Shown: positions 1-8,222, counted from the first letter of the stretch. The stretch is 38,804 nt of DNA from an uncultured Atribacterota bacterium (GCA_964560535.1 CAZLMD010000009.1:1-38804); one strand, 5' to 3'. Made by a program: numbers and translations. Notes: generated from the sequence alone by a model not told the origin.

Positions 1-118
1 TAATTTGTTGTAAATATATTATCAAAATAAACAAGCATAAATTTGATTAATTTAGCCAAATATTCAGTATTAGTAATTGACAACTGTATATCCTATATAA
101 AAAATTCTTATTTATAAC

Positions 119-146
119 TTGACCTAAAAAAAATATGTTGTAAAAT
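119..146 (+). promoter_or_regulatory. Sigma-A type promoter upstream of the tRNA-like locus
   Basis: TTGACC (119-124), a 16-nt spacer, then TAAAAT (141-146). The predicted start is about 152-154, roughly 15 nt upstream of the tRNA-like sequence. Confidence 0.55.
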
Positions 147-168
147 AATGTTGGTGAAACCGAAAAAA

Positions 169-272
169 TGAGGGATCGTCTAGTGGTAGGACACCAGACT
201 CTGGATCTGGGAGCGGTGGTTCAGCTGGCTCTCAATCAGCAAACGGGGGTTCAATTCCCCCTTGCGCCACCA
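169..272 (+). tRNA. Degenerate or composite tRNA-like locus: two fused partial tRNAs. Could be pseudogenes, an assembly collapse, or a non-canonical tRNA-like RNA.
   Basis: Part A (169-210): acceptor strand TGAGGGA, TC, D arm GTC-TAGTGGTAG-GAC, A, and anticodon arm CCAGA-CTCTGGA-TCTGG (anticodon CTG). No T arm follows. Part B (210-272): GGAGCGG-TG-GTTC-AGCTGG, then stem GCTGG/TCAGC with loop CTCTCAA (anticodon CTC), AAAC, T arm GGGGG-TTCAATT-CCCCC, acceptor strand TTGCGCC, A, and an encoded CCA. Neither part folds into a full cloverleaf. Confidence 0.5.
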
Positions 273-451
273 GCTTCACTCAGATATCTAATCTTTTGCT
301 CAGTTTTTAAAAATATTAATACAAATAATGCTTATTTATATGGGTATCTAGGCATATAATATAGAACGGGATTAGATCTTGTTTGATATCAATTAAAATA
401 ATAATTTTATAGATAATTAAAAATACTTACGGGTATAATAGTTTGAAATAA

Positions 452-481
452 TAAAAAGAGCAGGAATTTCCTGCTTTTTTT
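452..481 (+). terminator. Rho-independent terminator (A-tract / hairpin / T-tract)
   Basis: AAAAAGA-GCAGGA-ATT-TCCTGC-TTTTTTT. A 6-bp GC-rich stem is followed by a T7 run. The A-run upstream makes it potentially bidirectional. Confidence 0.7.
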
Positions 482-503
482 ACTATTTCAATTGGGGAAG
501 TAA

Positions 504-1535
504 ATGAATATAAAAAAAATTAACACAAAAATTATAAAAATAGATATAAATAACACTAGTTTAGAACAACTTGAAGAGGCAGGCAGGGCTATTAGAGATG
601 GCAAATTAGTGGCTTTTCCAACAGAGACAGTATACGGTTTGGGCGCTGATGCAACGAATGATAAAGCATTATTAAAAATATTCCATGCGAAAAATAGACC
701 CTATAATGATCCTTTAATTGTCCATATACATAGTATGGAGGAAATGAATGATATTGTATTAGATTTTCCAGATATTGCAAAAAAATTGGGTAAGTTATTC
801 TGGCCTGGCCCCTTAACCATGATATTTAAAAAAAGTAAATTAATTTCAGATGTTGTAACTTCTGGATTGGATACTGTGGCTATACGTGTGCCCAATCATA
901 AAATAGCTTTAGCTTTAATTAAAATGGCTCAGCGCCCGATTGCTGCCCCTAGTGCCAACTTATTTAGTTATACTAGCCCGACGAAAGCTGACCACGTTAT
1001 TTCTGATTTAAATGGTAAGATAGATATAATCATTGATAGTGGAAAGACCAGCATCGGTGTTGAGTCTACCGTATTGGACGTAACTTCATTTCCATTAAAA
1101 ATACTAAGGTTAGGTGGGGTTACATTTGAAAGATTAAAAGAAGTAATTCCTGATATTATTATTGCTGATAATAATATAAGAGTAAGAAGATCTCCTGGTA
1201 TGATGGGTAAGCACTATTCGCCAAAAGCTAAACTAATATTAGTAGAGGAAGAGGGCGAAAAAATATATGAGAAAATACTAAAATTAGCCCTACAATACAA
1301 AAATGAAGGCAATAAGGTTGGGGTAATTACATGTAATGAGAACTTAAGTAAATATCCGGGGTTTGTGGTTAAAGCTATTGGAGGAGCTCGCGATCTTGAT
1401 TCCTGTGCACATAATTTGTATGAAAGCCTAAGAAATTTAGATGAAGAAAAATGTGATATAATTATTTCTGAAAAATTTCACAATATAGGACTGGGAAGAG
1501 CAATTATGGATCGCTTGAGAAGGGCAGCAAAATAG
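504..1535 (+). CDS. tsaC: L-threonylcarbamoyladenylate synthase (Sua5/YwlC long form: YrdC domain plus SUA5 C-terminal domain), t6A tRNA modification
   Basis: 343 aa. Contains the YrdC-family motifs KLVAFPTETVYGLGADA, KNRPxxDPLIVH and IAAPSANLFSYTSPT, plus a C-terminal SUA5 extension. RBS GGGGA lies upstream of the ATG. Confidence 0.9.
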   Translation: MNIKKINTKIIKIDINNTSLEQLEEAGRAIRDGKLVAFPTETVYGLGADATNDKALLKIFHAKNRPYNDPLIVHIHSMEEMNDIVLDFPDIAKKLGKLFWPGPLTMIFKKSKLISDVVTSGLDTVAIRVPNHKIALALIKMAQRPIAAPSANLFSYTSPTKADHVISDLNGKIDIIIDSGKTSIGVESTVLDVTSFPLKILRLGGVTFERLKEVIPDIIIADNNIRVRRSPGMMGKHYSPKAKLILVEEEGEKIYEKILKLALQYKNEGNKVGVITCNENLSKYPGFVVKAIGGARDLDSCAHNLYESLRNLDEEKCDIIISEKFHNIGLGRAIMDRLRRAAK

Positions 1536-1618
1536 ATAATAAGTTGATTTTAATTATATTCAAATTTTTATCACAATGAAAGCTAACATGCTATTAAATA
1601 GTAAAAAAGACAAAAATA

Positions 1619-1627
1619 TGTTATAAT
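1619..1627 (+). promoter_or_regulatory. Extended -10 promoter element upstream of smpB
   Basis: TGtTATAAT at 1619-1627, about 25 nt upstream of the smpB ATG. No good -35 is seen. Confidence 0.4.
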
Positions 1628-1651
1628 TTTATGAATACCTAAGGAAATGAT

Positions 1652-2131
1652 ATGCCTGAAAAAGAAATGGATAATTATAAAATTGTTTCTATAAACCGTA
1701 AAGCGAGACATGATTACCATATACTTGAAAGTTTTGAAGCCGGCCTTGTTTTAAAAGGAACTGAAGTTAAATCTATTAGAAATAATCAGGTTAGTATCAA
1801 AGAAAGTTATGCTCAATTAAAGGGTAATGATCTGTATATTGTTAACATGCATATTGCTCCATACAAATTTGGAAACAGGTTTAATCTAGAGCCGAAAAGA
1901 GATAGAAAGCTTCTTTTAAATAAAAGAGAGTTGAATAAAATAAAAGGTAGTATTGAAACCAAAGGTGTCACGGTAGTTCCCTTAAGATTATATTTTAAAA
2001 ATGGTTACGCCAAGCTAGAAATTGCACTGGCAAAAGGGAAAAAGCTTTACGACAAGAGAAGAGATTTGACTCAGAAAGCGATAGACAGAGAAGCAGAAAG
2101 AGAATTAAAAAATAAAATATGGGGGCGATAG
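1652..2131 (+). CDS. smpB: SsrA-binding protein SmpB
   Basis: 159 aa. Shows typical SmpB sequence (NRKARHDYHILESFEAGLVLKGTEVKS ... DKRRD). The tmRNA gene follows immediately. Confidence 0.95.
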   Translation: MPEKEMDNYKIVSINRKARHDYHILESFEAGLVLKGTEVKSIRNNQVSIKESYAQLKGNDLYIVNMHIAPYKFGNRFNLEPKRDRKLLLNKRELNKIKGSIETKGVTVVPLRLYFKNGYAKLEIALAKGKKLYDKRRDLTQKAIDREAERELKNKIWGR

Positions 2132-2476
2132 GTATCGACAGGGAAAACAGAGGTATGAAATGCGAGTCGAGGTTCCTGGTCCTCGATAAACACTGGGAAA
2201 GACAATAACTGCCAACGATTACGAATTGGCCTTAGCGGCCTAACAAAGGTCGCTCGTCTGTACAAAGCTATGTCTGTGAGCTTTGTACAGGTGTAATACA
2301 ATAACAGGCTATACATACCACCTGCTCCGACTGGTATGTAGAAAATAAGGAGATAGTTTACTTAAATCCAGTCTATGGGAGTTAAGCTAAATGAAAAAAT
2401 AAAACATAGACTACACTCGTAGTATTTCTTATCAATGATTCTCTGGACGCGAGTTCGATTCTCGCCGCCTCCACCA
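2121..2476 (+). ncRNA. ssrA: tmRNA (transfer-messenger RNA)
   Basis: The 5' GGGGGCG pairs with 3' CGCCTCC-A-CCA, including a G3:U70 alanine identity pair. T arm is GCGAG-TTCGATT-CTCGC. The internal tag reading frame GCC AAC GAT TAC GAA TTG GCC TTA GCG GCC TAA (2211-2243) encodes ANDYELALAA. Confidence 0.9.
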
Positions 2477-2688
2477 TCCTGTTGTCACAAAATAGTTGAA
2501 TAATTAACCATACCTTAATATATTCTGTATGCTAAAGTTGTTATAGAATTTTATTTCTGCTTAATTGGGTGTGGTACAAAAACAAAAAACGAGATCACAT
2601 TGTTTTCAAAAGTTTTCTTATAATAGATAGAATTCTAAAATTAAATTTTGTTCTTGAATTATTTAAAATTAGAATAGGATGATAAGTA

Positions 2689-3732
2689 TTGTATTCAATT
2701 GTAGATAAACAAAGTAGATTTTTTATTCAACTGGCTATTGGGCTGGTTATTTTTTGTTATATCGCTAACCGCTTAAATTGGATATTGACATACTTTAGTC
2801 TATCATTATTTCTTGCTTATTTTTTCACCCCATTTTACAATTACTTGCTTGAGATAGGCTTAAAAAAGTCACCCTCAATATTAATAATATTTTTAATAAT
2901 ATTAACTTTTACAATATTCTTTTTATTCTTTATAATTCCAAATACAATAAGTGAGTTGAATCAATTATATAGAGAAATACCCGGCCTTATGACAGGATTT
3001 AGAAATCTTCTACTATCTTTTGAGCCTATATTTAATAAAATTGTGTTTTCGGAAAACCTGGAAGTATTTGTCAATAATGTCTTTTCTGAAATACAAAGAG
3101 AATTGCTAACCTTTTCTAGAGTTGCTATATTTGCCCTATCCAGTTTCGTTACAAAATTTGGTTTTGGAATATTTGTTATCCCACTTATTCTTTATTATCT
3201 TTTAATAGATATAGACATATTTAAAGACAACCTTTTAATATTTGTTTCACCATCTAATAAAAAGGATTTTCGTGAAATTGTCATTGAAATTGATCACATA
3301 TTGAGTAATTTTATACGTGGTCGTCTGATTGTCTGTGTTATAGTGGGGGCACTGATTACAGCAGGCTTATATTTTTTAAAAATAAAATTCTTCCTTATTA
3401 TTGGTATGATTTCGGGCGTATTAAATTTTATACCATATTTTGGCCCAATTGTTGGTTGGGCATTATCTTTATTTTTTACTATAGGAAAACCCTGGTCAGT
3501 CTTCATTATGGTTACCATTATCTTTGTTGCGGTAAATCAGATTGAAGCTTTCTGGCTAAATCCAAAGATATTAGGTAAGGAATTGGGCTTACATCCTTTA
3601 ACAATAATCTTTTCAGTTTTAATATTTGGTGGTCTTTTAGGATTCTTAGGTGTATTATATGCTATACCACTGGCTGCTACAATTAAAGTAATAACATACA
3701 GGTACTTAATCCAGGAGGATAAAACAAATTGA
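2689..3732 (+). CDS. AI-2E family transporter (PerM/YhhT-like polytopic membrane protein)
   Basis: 347 aa with multiple hydrophobic helices. The conserved family segment NFIPYFGPIVG is present. The TTG start is uncertain. Confidence 0.8.
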   Translation: MYSIVDKQSRFFIQLAIGLVIFCYIANRLNWILTYFSLSLFLAYFFTPFYNYLLEIGLKKSPSILIIFLIILTFTIFFLFFIIPNTISELNQLYREIPGLMTGFRNLLLSFEPIFNKIVFSENLEVFVNNVFSEIQRELLTFSRVAIFALSSFVTKFGFGIFVIPLILYYLLIDIDIFKDNLLIFVSPSNKKDFREIVIEIDHILSNFIRGRLIVCVIVGALITAGLYFLKIKFFLIIGMISGVLNFIPYFGPIVGWALSLFFTIGKPWSVFIMVTIIFVAVNQIEAFWLNPKILGKELGLHPLTIIFSVLIFGGLLGFLGVLYAIPLAATIKVITYRYLIQEDKTN

Positions 3733-5246
3733 CAAGTAAGTACAACCATACTGCTATAATAATACTTTTAATTACACTATTACTGTTTATACCAGATAGT
3801 AATACCATATTGGCACAACAAAATAACCAGCAGCTGATGTTGAATGGTATTGAATTACCCGACAATATTTTGCCGTTAACAGTTGACGGTATAACATATT
3901 TTCCTGCTAGAGATACTATTGAAGCAATGGGTGGACGAATTACCTGGTTCCCTGCTTTAAAATTGTTAAATATTAAACTGGGAGGGAAAGAAATTAGCCT
4001 GGTAATGGATATTCCAGAAGCAGAAATTAATGGAACAAAAGTATTTTTAGAAAATGCATCTACCATTATAGATAACAGAGTCATGGTTACTTATGAGGTA
4101 TTACAATTATTTGTTGAGGCTGAAGATAACAGGGATAAGATTATTCAAAAAACAAGTATTCCTAATGGTAATCCGAATGTAACCGATATTCGTAGTTTTT
4201 CCTACGAAGATAAGACTCGTGTGGTTATTGATATTTCAGAGAAAAGTTCATATAAAGTTATAACTTTAAGTGGACCGGAAAGAGTAGTAATCGATGTTGA
4301 CGCCAAGTTGGGCATATTAACCGAAAAAGAAGTTGAAATAAAAGTTGATGACTTATTAGTAAACAAAATAAGGAGTGGTCAATTTACCGAAGATACTGTA
4401 CGTATTGTAGCAGATCTAAAGGGTAAACATGAATTTCAGGTATTTGATCTAGCAGCCCCGGATCGTATTGTGGTCGATATCTACTCCTCAAAAGACCAGA
4501 CCAGCATGGTTGTGCAAAAAGATATTGTAACAGGTATAGAAACAGTCGATAACGAGATAGGTAGGCGTCATGTTATAGTAATTGATCCGGGACATGGTGG
4601 GAATCAGCCTGGAGCAATTGGCCCCAGCGGGTTAAAAGAAAAAGATGTTGTTCTGGATATTGCTTTAAAGACTAAAAGATTATTAGAGGAAAGTGGTTTT
4701 ACTGTATATCTCACCAGGGAAAATGATGTCGATATTCCTCTAGAGAAAAGGCCGCTTTTAGCTATGCAGAAAGAGGCAACTGCATTTATCAGTATCCATA
4801 CAAATTCAGCGATACAGAAAGGTTCTTCAACTGCAAAAGGGATTGAAACTTATTTGTTAAGTTCAAGGTATATTGGTGCTTCCGCAAAAGATGTTGCAGA
4901 TCGAGAAAATAGGGCTAGCCAGTCTAATGCATATAACGATAGTATTCTTAATCAGATTATCGCTGACTTAGAAGAGAGTGCCAGCATAAGCTTTAGTGAA
5001 GATTTTGCAAAAATAGTTCAGAGGAATGCGATTCAATATACTGGCTTAAATAATAGAGGCGTAAAACAGGCGCCCTTTATAGTGCTTAAAGGGGTTAATA
5101 TGGCTGCGGTATTGATAGAAGTTGGTTTTATATCTAATCCCAATGAGGAAAAATTATTGAAAACACCTGAGTTTAAGGAAAAAGTTGCTCAAGCACTTAA
5201 TCAGGCTGTAAGGGATTATGTAAAAAATATTCCTGAAAACATTTAG
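3729..5246 (+). CDS. N-acetylmuramoyl-L-alanine amidase (copper-amine-oxidase-like stalk, two AMIN-like repeats and an Amidase_3 domain)
   Basis: 505 aa with an N-terminal signal/anchor. The repeats VVIDISEKSSYKV / RVVIDVDAKL and RIVADLKG / RIVVDIY are AMIN-like. The catalytic part shows VIDPGHGG ... ISIHTNS ... IEVGFISNP. The TTG start overlaps the upstream stop (TTGA). RBS is AGGAGGA. Confidence 0.85.
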   Translation: MTSKYNHTAIIILLITLLLFIPDSNTILAQQNNQQLMLNGIELPDNILPLTVDGITYFPARDTIEAMGGRITWFPALKLLNIKLGGKEISLVMDIPEAEINGTKVFLENASTIIDNRVMVTYEVLQLFVEAEDNRDKIIQKTSIPNGNPNVTDIRSFSYEDKTRVVIDISEKSSYKVITLSGPERVVIDVDAKLGILTEKEVEIKVDDLLVNKIRSGQFTEDTVRIVADLKGKHEFQVFDLAAPDRIVVDIYSSKDQTSMVVQKDIVTGIETVDNEIGRRHVIVIDPGHGGNQPGAIGPSGLKEKDVVLDIALKTKRLLEESGFTVYLTRENDVDIPLEKRPLLAMQKEATAFISIHTNSAIQKGSSTAKGIETYLLSSRYIGASAKDVADRENRASQSNAYNDSILNQIIADLEESASISFSEDFAKIVQRNAIQYTGLNNRGVKQAPFIVLKGVNMAAVLIEVGFISNPNEEKLLKTPEFKEKVAQALNQAVRDYVKNIPENI

Positions 5247-5259
5247 ATAGAGGCTTGAA

Positions 5260-5862
5260 ATGGCTAGAAGAAAAAAAAAGAAAAAAAACACCTTTAAACC
5301 GATACTTAACTTTATAATATTATTAATATTACTGATTGCTATAGTTCTATTAATACAAAAATTTATAATACCTCCTTTTCTAGAAAAAGAAGTGCCAAAG
5401 ATTGAAGAGAAAAGGGAAGATAGAGAAATAATAACACCAGTTGAGTTAGAAGAAGAGCAAATTGTATTGTATTTTGCTGATGAAAATGCACAATATTTAA
5501 TCCCAGAATATAGAAAAATAAGGGTAAAAGATGGAATTGCAAAACAATCCATCATAGAACTCATTAAAGGTCCTGCTGGTAACAATCTTTACCCAACATT
5601 ACCATCTACTACTAATGTAAATAATTTATATATTAGTGAAGGTATAGCATACATAGATCTTTCTTCAGAAATAATAAATAACCACTCCGGAGGTAGTGCA
5701 GGTGAATTGTTGACTGTATATTCCCTGGTTTTTACTCTTACTTCTTTCCCGGATATTAATAAAGTCCAAATACTGGTAGATGGAAATAGCAGGGAAACTT
5801 TAGTTGGCCATATAGATATTAGCACTCCCCTGGATAGAGACAATAATTGGTTAAAAAAATAA
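5260..5862 (+). CDS. GerM-domain (GerMN) sporulation/germination-associated lipoprotein-like protein
   Basis: 200 aa. The N-terminus is Lys-rich with one TM helix. The GerMN-like core runs VLYFADENAQYLIPE ... GGSAGELLTVYSLVFTLTSFP. Confidence 0.7.
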   Translation: MARRKKKKKNTFKPILNFIILLILLIAIVLLIQKFIIPPFLEKEVPKIEEKREDREIITPVELEEEQIVLYFADENAQYLIPEYRKIRVKDGIAKQSIIELIKGPAGNNLYPTLPSTTNVNNLYISEGIAYIDLSSEIINNHSGGSAGELLTVYSLVFTLTSFPDINKVQILVDGNSRETLVGHIDISTPLDRDNNWLKK

Positions 5863-5886
5863 TCAATGATTAATGGTATTTGGTAG

Positions 5887-6705
5887 ATGGTTAAAAAAGA
5901 ACGGTTGGATAAACTATTAGTTGAAAAAGGATTAATAGATTCCAGAGAAAAAGCAAAAAGATATATAATGGCCAATCAAGTAAAGGTAAATGGCATAATC
6001 GTAAATAAAGTTGGCACAAGGTGTGAAGTTACCAGCCAATTATCAATTAAAGTGCCTAGTTGTCGGTATGTTAGCAGGGGTGGGGATAAGCTAGAGAAGG
6101 CTTTAAACAAATTTAATGTTGATGTCGAAGGAAAGATAGTAATTGATATTGGTGCTTCTACCGGTGGATTTACCGATTGCTTACTCCAGTATGGTGCTAA
6201 AAAAGTATATTGTGTGGATGTCGGTTATGGTCAGCTTGATTGGTCCTTACGTACAGACAATAGGGTAATAAATTTAGAAAAAACGAACATAAGATATATC
6301 AATAAAGACAATTTCGATTTTTTGTTTGATCTAGCTACAATAGATGTTTCCTTTATCTCTTTAGAAAAAATATTTCCAGTATTAGCTAGATTGTTAAAAT
6401 TTAAAGGGGAAGTTATTGCTTTAATAAAGCCACAGTTTGAAGCTGGAAAAGAATTGGTAAAAAAAGGCGGAATAGTGGATGATCCCGAGATTCATGAAAA
6501 GGTAATCGTAAATGTTATAAAAATGATAAAAAATGATTTTCAATTTCTCGATTTAACCTTTTCGCCGATAAAAAATACCCCGGGCAATATTGAATATCTA
6601 ATTTATTTACTTAAAAGCGAAAAAGATGACAACCTATTATTCCCAGATAACGATTTAATAAAAGAGGTTGTAAGCGAGGCACATCAATATTTTTTAAAAA
6701 AATAA
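5887..6705 (+). CDS. tlyA: TlyA family rRNA (cytidine-2'-O)-methyltransferase (S4 domain plus FtsJ-like methyltransferase)
   Basis: 272 aa. An S4-like N-terminus (RLDKLLVEKGL) is followed by the SAM-binding motif VIDIGASTGGFTD. Confidence 0.9.
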   Translation: MVKKERLDKLLVEKGLIDSREKAKRYIMANQVKVNGIIVNKVGTRCEVTSQLSIKVPSCRYVSRGGDKLEKALNKFNVDVEGKIVIDIGASTGGFTDCLLQYGAKKVYCVDVGYGQLDWSLRTDNRVINLEKTNIRYINKDNFDFLFDLATIDVSFISLEKIFPVLARLLKFKGEVIALIKPQFEAGKELVKKGGIVDDPEIHEKVIVNVIKMIKNDFQFLDLTFSPIKNTPGNIEYLIYLLKSEKDDNLLFPDNDLIKEVVSEAHQYFLKK

Positions 6706-6746
6706 ATATTTAATCTTTAAAAGATTCCTTTTCAGGTGTAATAAGA

Positions 6747-7298
6747 TTGTTTTTTACCATTGAAAATAATGAAATATATATGGTTATTATGTTATTGTTG
6801 CTTGGGGGAATCTTATCAATTGTCATATATTTGAAAATAAAAAATATTCTTAGTACAAGACAAGCTGTTAAAAGAGTTGCTGTTAGTAAATATGCCGAGA
6901 AAAAAGCCGAGAAACTATTAAAAAGAAATGGATTTCAAATTATTGATAGACAACAGAGTAGACCATTGGTTATAAGGACTGGAAATACATTTCACCGCTA
7001 CTGGATAAGGATAGATTTTTTAGTAAAAAAAAATGGTCGAACCTATGTTGTAGAAGTCAAATCCGGTCATAAAAGCAAGATAACCAAAAGGGAAACCAGA
7101 AGACAATTGTTGGAATATTTTTTAGCCTACAAGCCTCATGGAATTATATTATTTGATATGGAGACTAAAAAATTTTCAGAAATAAAGTTCCTGCTTCCTT
7201 ATTTTAATTCCAGATTTGCCGAGAATGCTATTTTCTTTCTTTTGGGGATATTAATTACAATCCTAGGAATGTATGTTTTTTACAATCAAAAATTATAA
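6747..7298 (+). CDS. Hypothetical membrane-anchored protein with a YraN/PD-(D/E)xK nuclease-like core
   Basis: 183 aa. There is an N-terminal TM helix (MVIMLLLLGGILSIVIYL) and a C-terminal TM helix (AIFFLLGILITILGMYVF). The core AEKKAEKLLKRNGFQIIDRQ ... RIDFLVKKNGRTYVVEVKSG matches the D...(D/E)xK layout. The TTG start follows an AGGTG RBS. Confidence 0.6.
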   Translation: MFFTIENNEIYMVIMLLLLGGILSIVIYLKIKNILSTRQAVKRVAVSKYAEKKAEKLLKRNGFQIIDRQQSRPLVIRTGNTFHRYWIRIDFLVKKNGRTYVVEVKSGHKSKITKRETRRQLLEYFLAYKPHGIILFDMETKKFSEIKFLLPYFNSRFAENAIFFLLGILITILGMYVFYNQKL

Positions 7299-7307
7299 GA
7301 GGATAAG

Positions 7308-8222
7308 ATGAAGATTAGAAAGGCAGCTATAATAGTTAACCAGGAAAAAGATAAAGACTTAGGAGTAACAAAAAAAATAGTTAAGTATTTAAATAATCAA
7401 GATGTAAAAGTGTTCTTATCCAGGAATACAATTGCAAAGCTTGACAATACAGAAGGGGTGCATGCCCTTGTTACTCCATATAAGGATATAGATATGTTTT
7501 TTTCATTAGGAGGAGATGGAACCTTGTTGATGGCTGCCAGACAAGCCGCTCCTCATAGAATACCAGTCTGTGGTATAAACTTGGGTGGATTGGGATTTTT
7601 GACTCAGATTGGTTTGCAGGAAATAGAAGAATATCTTCCCCATATCCTGAATAACAATTATTTGATTGATGAGAGGATGATGTTATCTGGATTAATTTTG
7701 AGAAAAGGAGAAAAGGATGAGAGATTCTATTGCCTTAATGATGTGGTTGTTGCAAAAAAATTATATGCTAGATTAATAGATCTGGATATGTATATAAATA
7801 ATGAATATGTTATCCAATATGCTGCTGACGGATTAATTGTAGCCACTTCTACAGGGTCAACGGCATATTCTCTTTCAGCCGGAGGACCTATTGTATATCC
7901 GATGTTAAAAAATATAATAATTACTCCTATTTGTCCACACACTTTATCAACCAGAGCGCTAGTAATTCACCACAAAGATATTATCGAACTAATTGTCCGG
8001 TCAAAAGGTCAGGAGGTAATGTTGACAGTTGATGGTCAGGAGGGGTTTAGTTTGAAAGAGAATGATAAAATTATCGTTCAAGAATCTAAGTACAAGACCC
8101 AGCTAGTAACTTTTCCTGATAAAAGTTTTTATGGTGTTTTAAGAAAAAAAATGAAATGGAGTGGGAGGGTTCTACCTAATATAATTAGGGATGATGGATG
8201 GGATGGGTTTAGTTCATGTTAA
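7308..8222 (+). CDS. nadK: NAD(+) kinase
   Basis: 304 aa. Contains the GGDGT motif (SLGGDGTLL) and the conserved ATSTGSTAYSLSAGGPIV segment. Confidence 0.92.
   Translation: MKIRKAAIIVNQEKDKDLGVTKKIVKYLNNQDVKVFLSRNTIAKLDNTEGVHALVTPYKDIDMFFSLGGDGTLLMAARQAAPHRIPVCGINLGGLGFLTQIGLQEIEEYLPHILNNNYLIDERMMLSGLILRKGEKDERFYCLNDVVVAKKLYARLIDLDMYINNEYVIQYAADGLIVATSTGSTAYSLSAGGPIVYPMLKNIIITPICPHTLSTRALVIHHKDIIELIVRSKGQEVMLTVDGQEGFSLKENDKIIVQESKYKTQLVTFPDKSFYGVLRKKMKWSGRVLPNIIRDDGWDGFSSC

Noticed and set aside
153-268. Alternative 120-nt tRNA-like fold, with GGTGAAA (153-159, at the predicted transcription start) pairing 6/7 with TTGCGCC (262-268)
   Set aside because: The pairing is short and AT-rich with an A.G mismatch. 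It would require a 16-nt insertion before U8 and two anticodon-like arms. I cannot distinguish it from chance, so it is only noted under the main finding.
169-272. Possibility that the odd tRNA-like locus is tRNA-Sec (selC)
   Set aside because: No UCA anticodon can be placed in a 7-nt loop with U33. The only TCA (232-234) falls in a loop register with C at position 33 and no supporting stem. The 8/5 acceptor/T geometry, 6-bp D stem and long variable arm of bacterial tRNA-Sec are also absent.
168-359. 63-aa ORF from the track (MRDRLVVGHQTLDLG...)
   Set aside because: It reads straight through the tRNA-like sequence (D arm, anticodon arms, T arm, CCA). It has no RBS, so it is an artefact of translating structured RNA.
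2477-2688. Genomic island integrated at the ssrA 3' end
   Set aside because: No integrase or accessory genes follow. I saw no repeat of the tmRNA 3' end. The next gene is an ordinary permease.
5271-5288. A9-G-A8 homopolymer tract at the start of the GerM-like gene as a slipped-strand phase-variation switch
   Set aside because: It simply encodes the Lys-rich cytoplasmic N-terminus (RRKKKKKN) ahead of a TM helix, a common positive-inside feature. There is no evidence of alternative frames. It could be revisited if population read data show length variation.
3683-5975. Minus-strand ORFs from the track (3683-4084, 5154-5585, 5589-5975), and similar ones at 16255-16608, 22006-22368, 30945-31433 and 37725-38069
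   Set aside because: All lie antisense within + strand genes that carry clear family motifs. Their translations are low-complexity (I/L/F/S-rich), as expected for antisense frames in AT-rich DNA. None has a convincing RBS.
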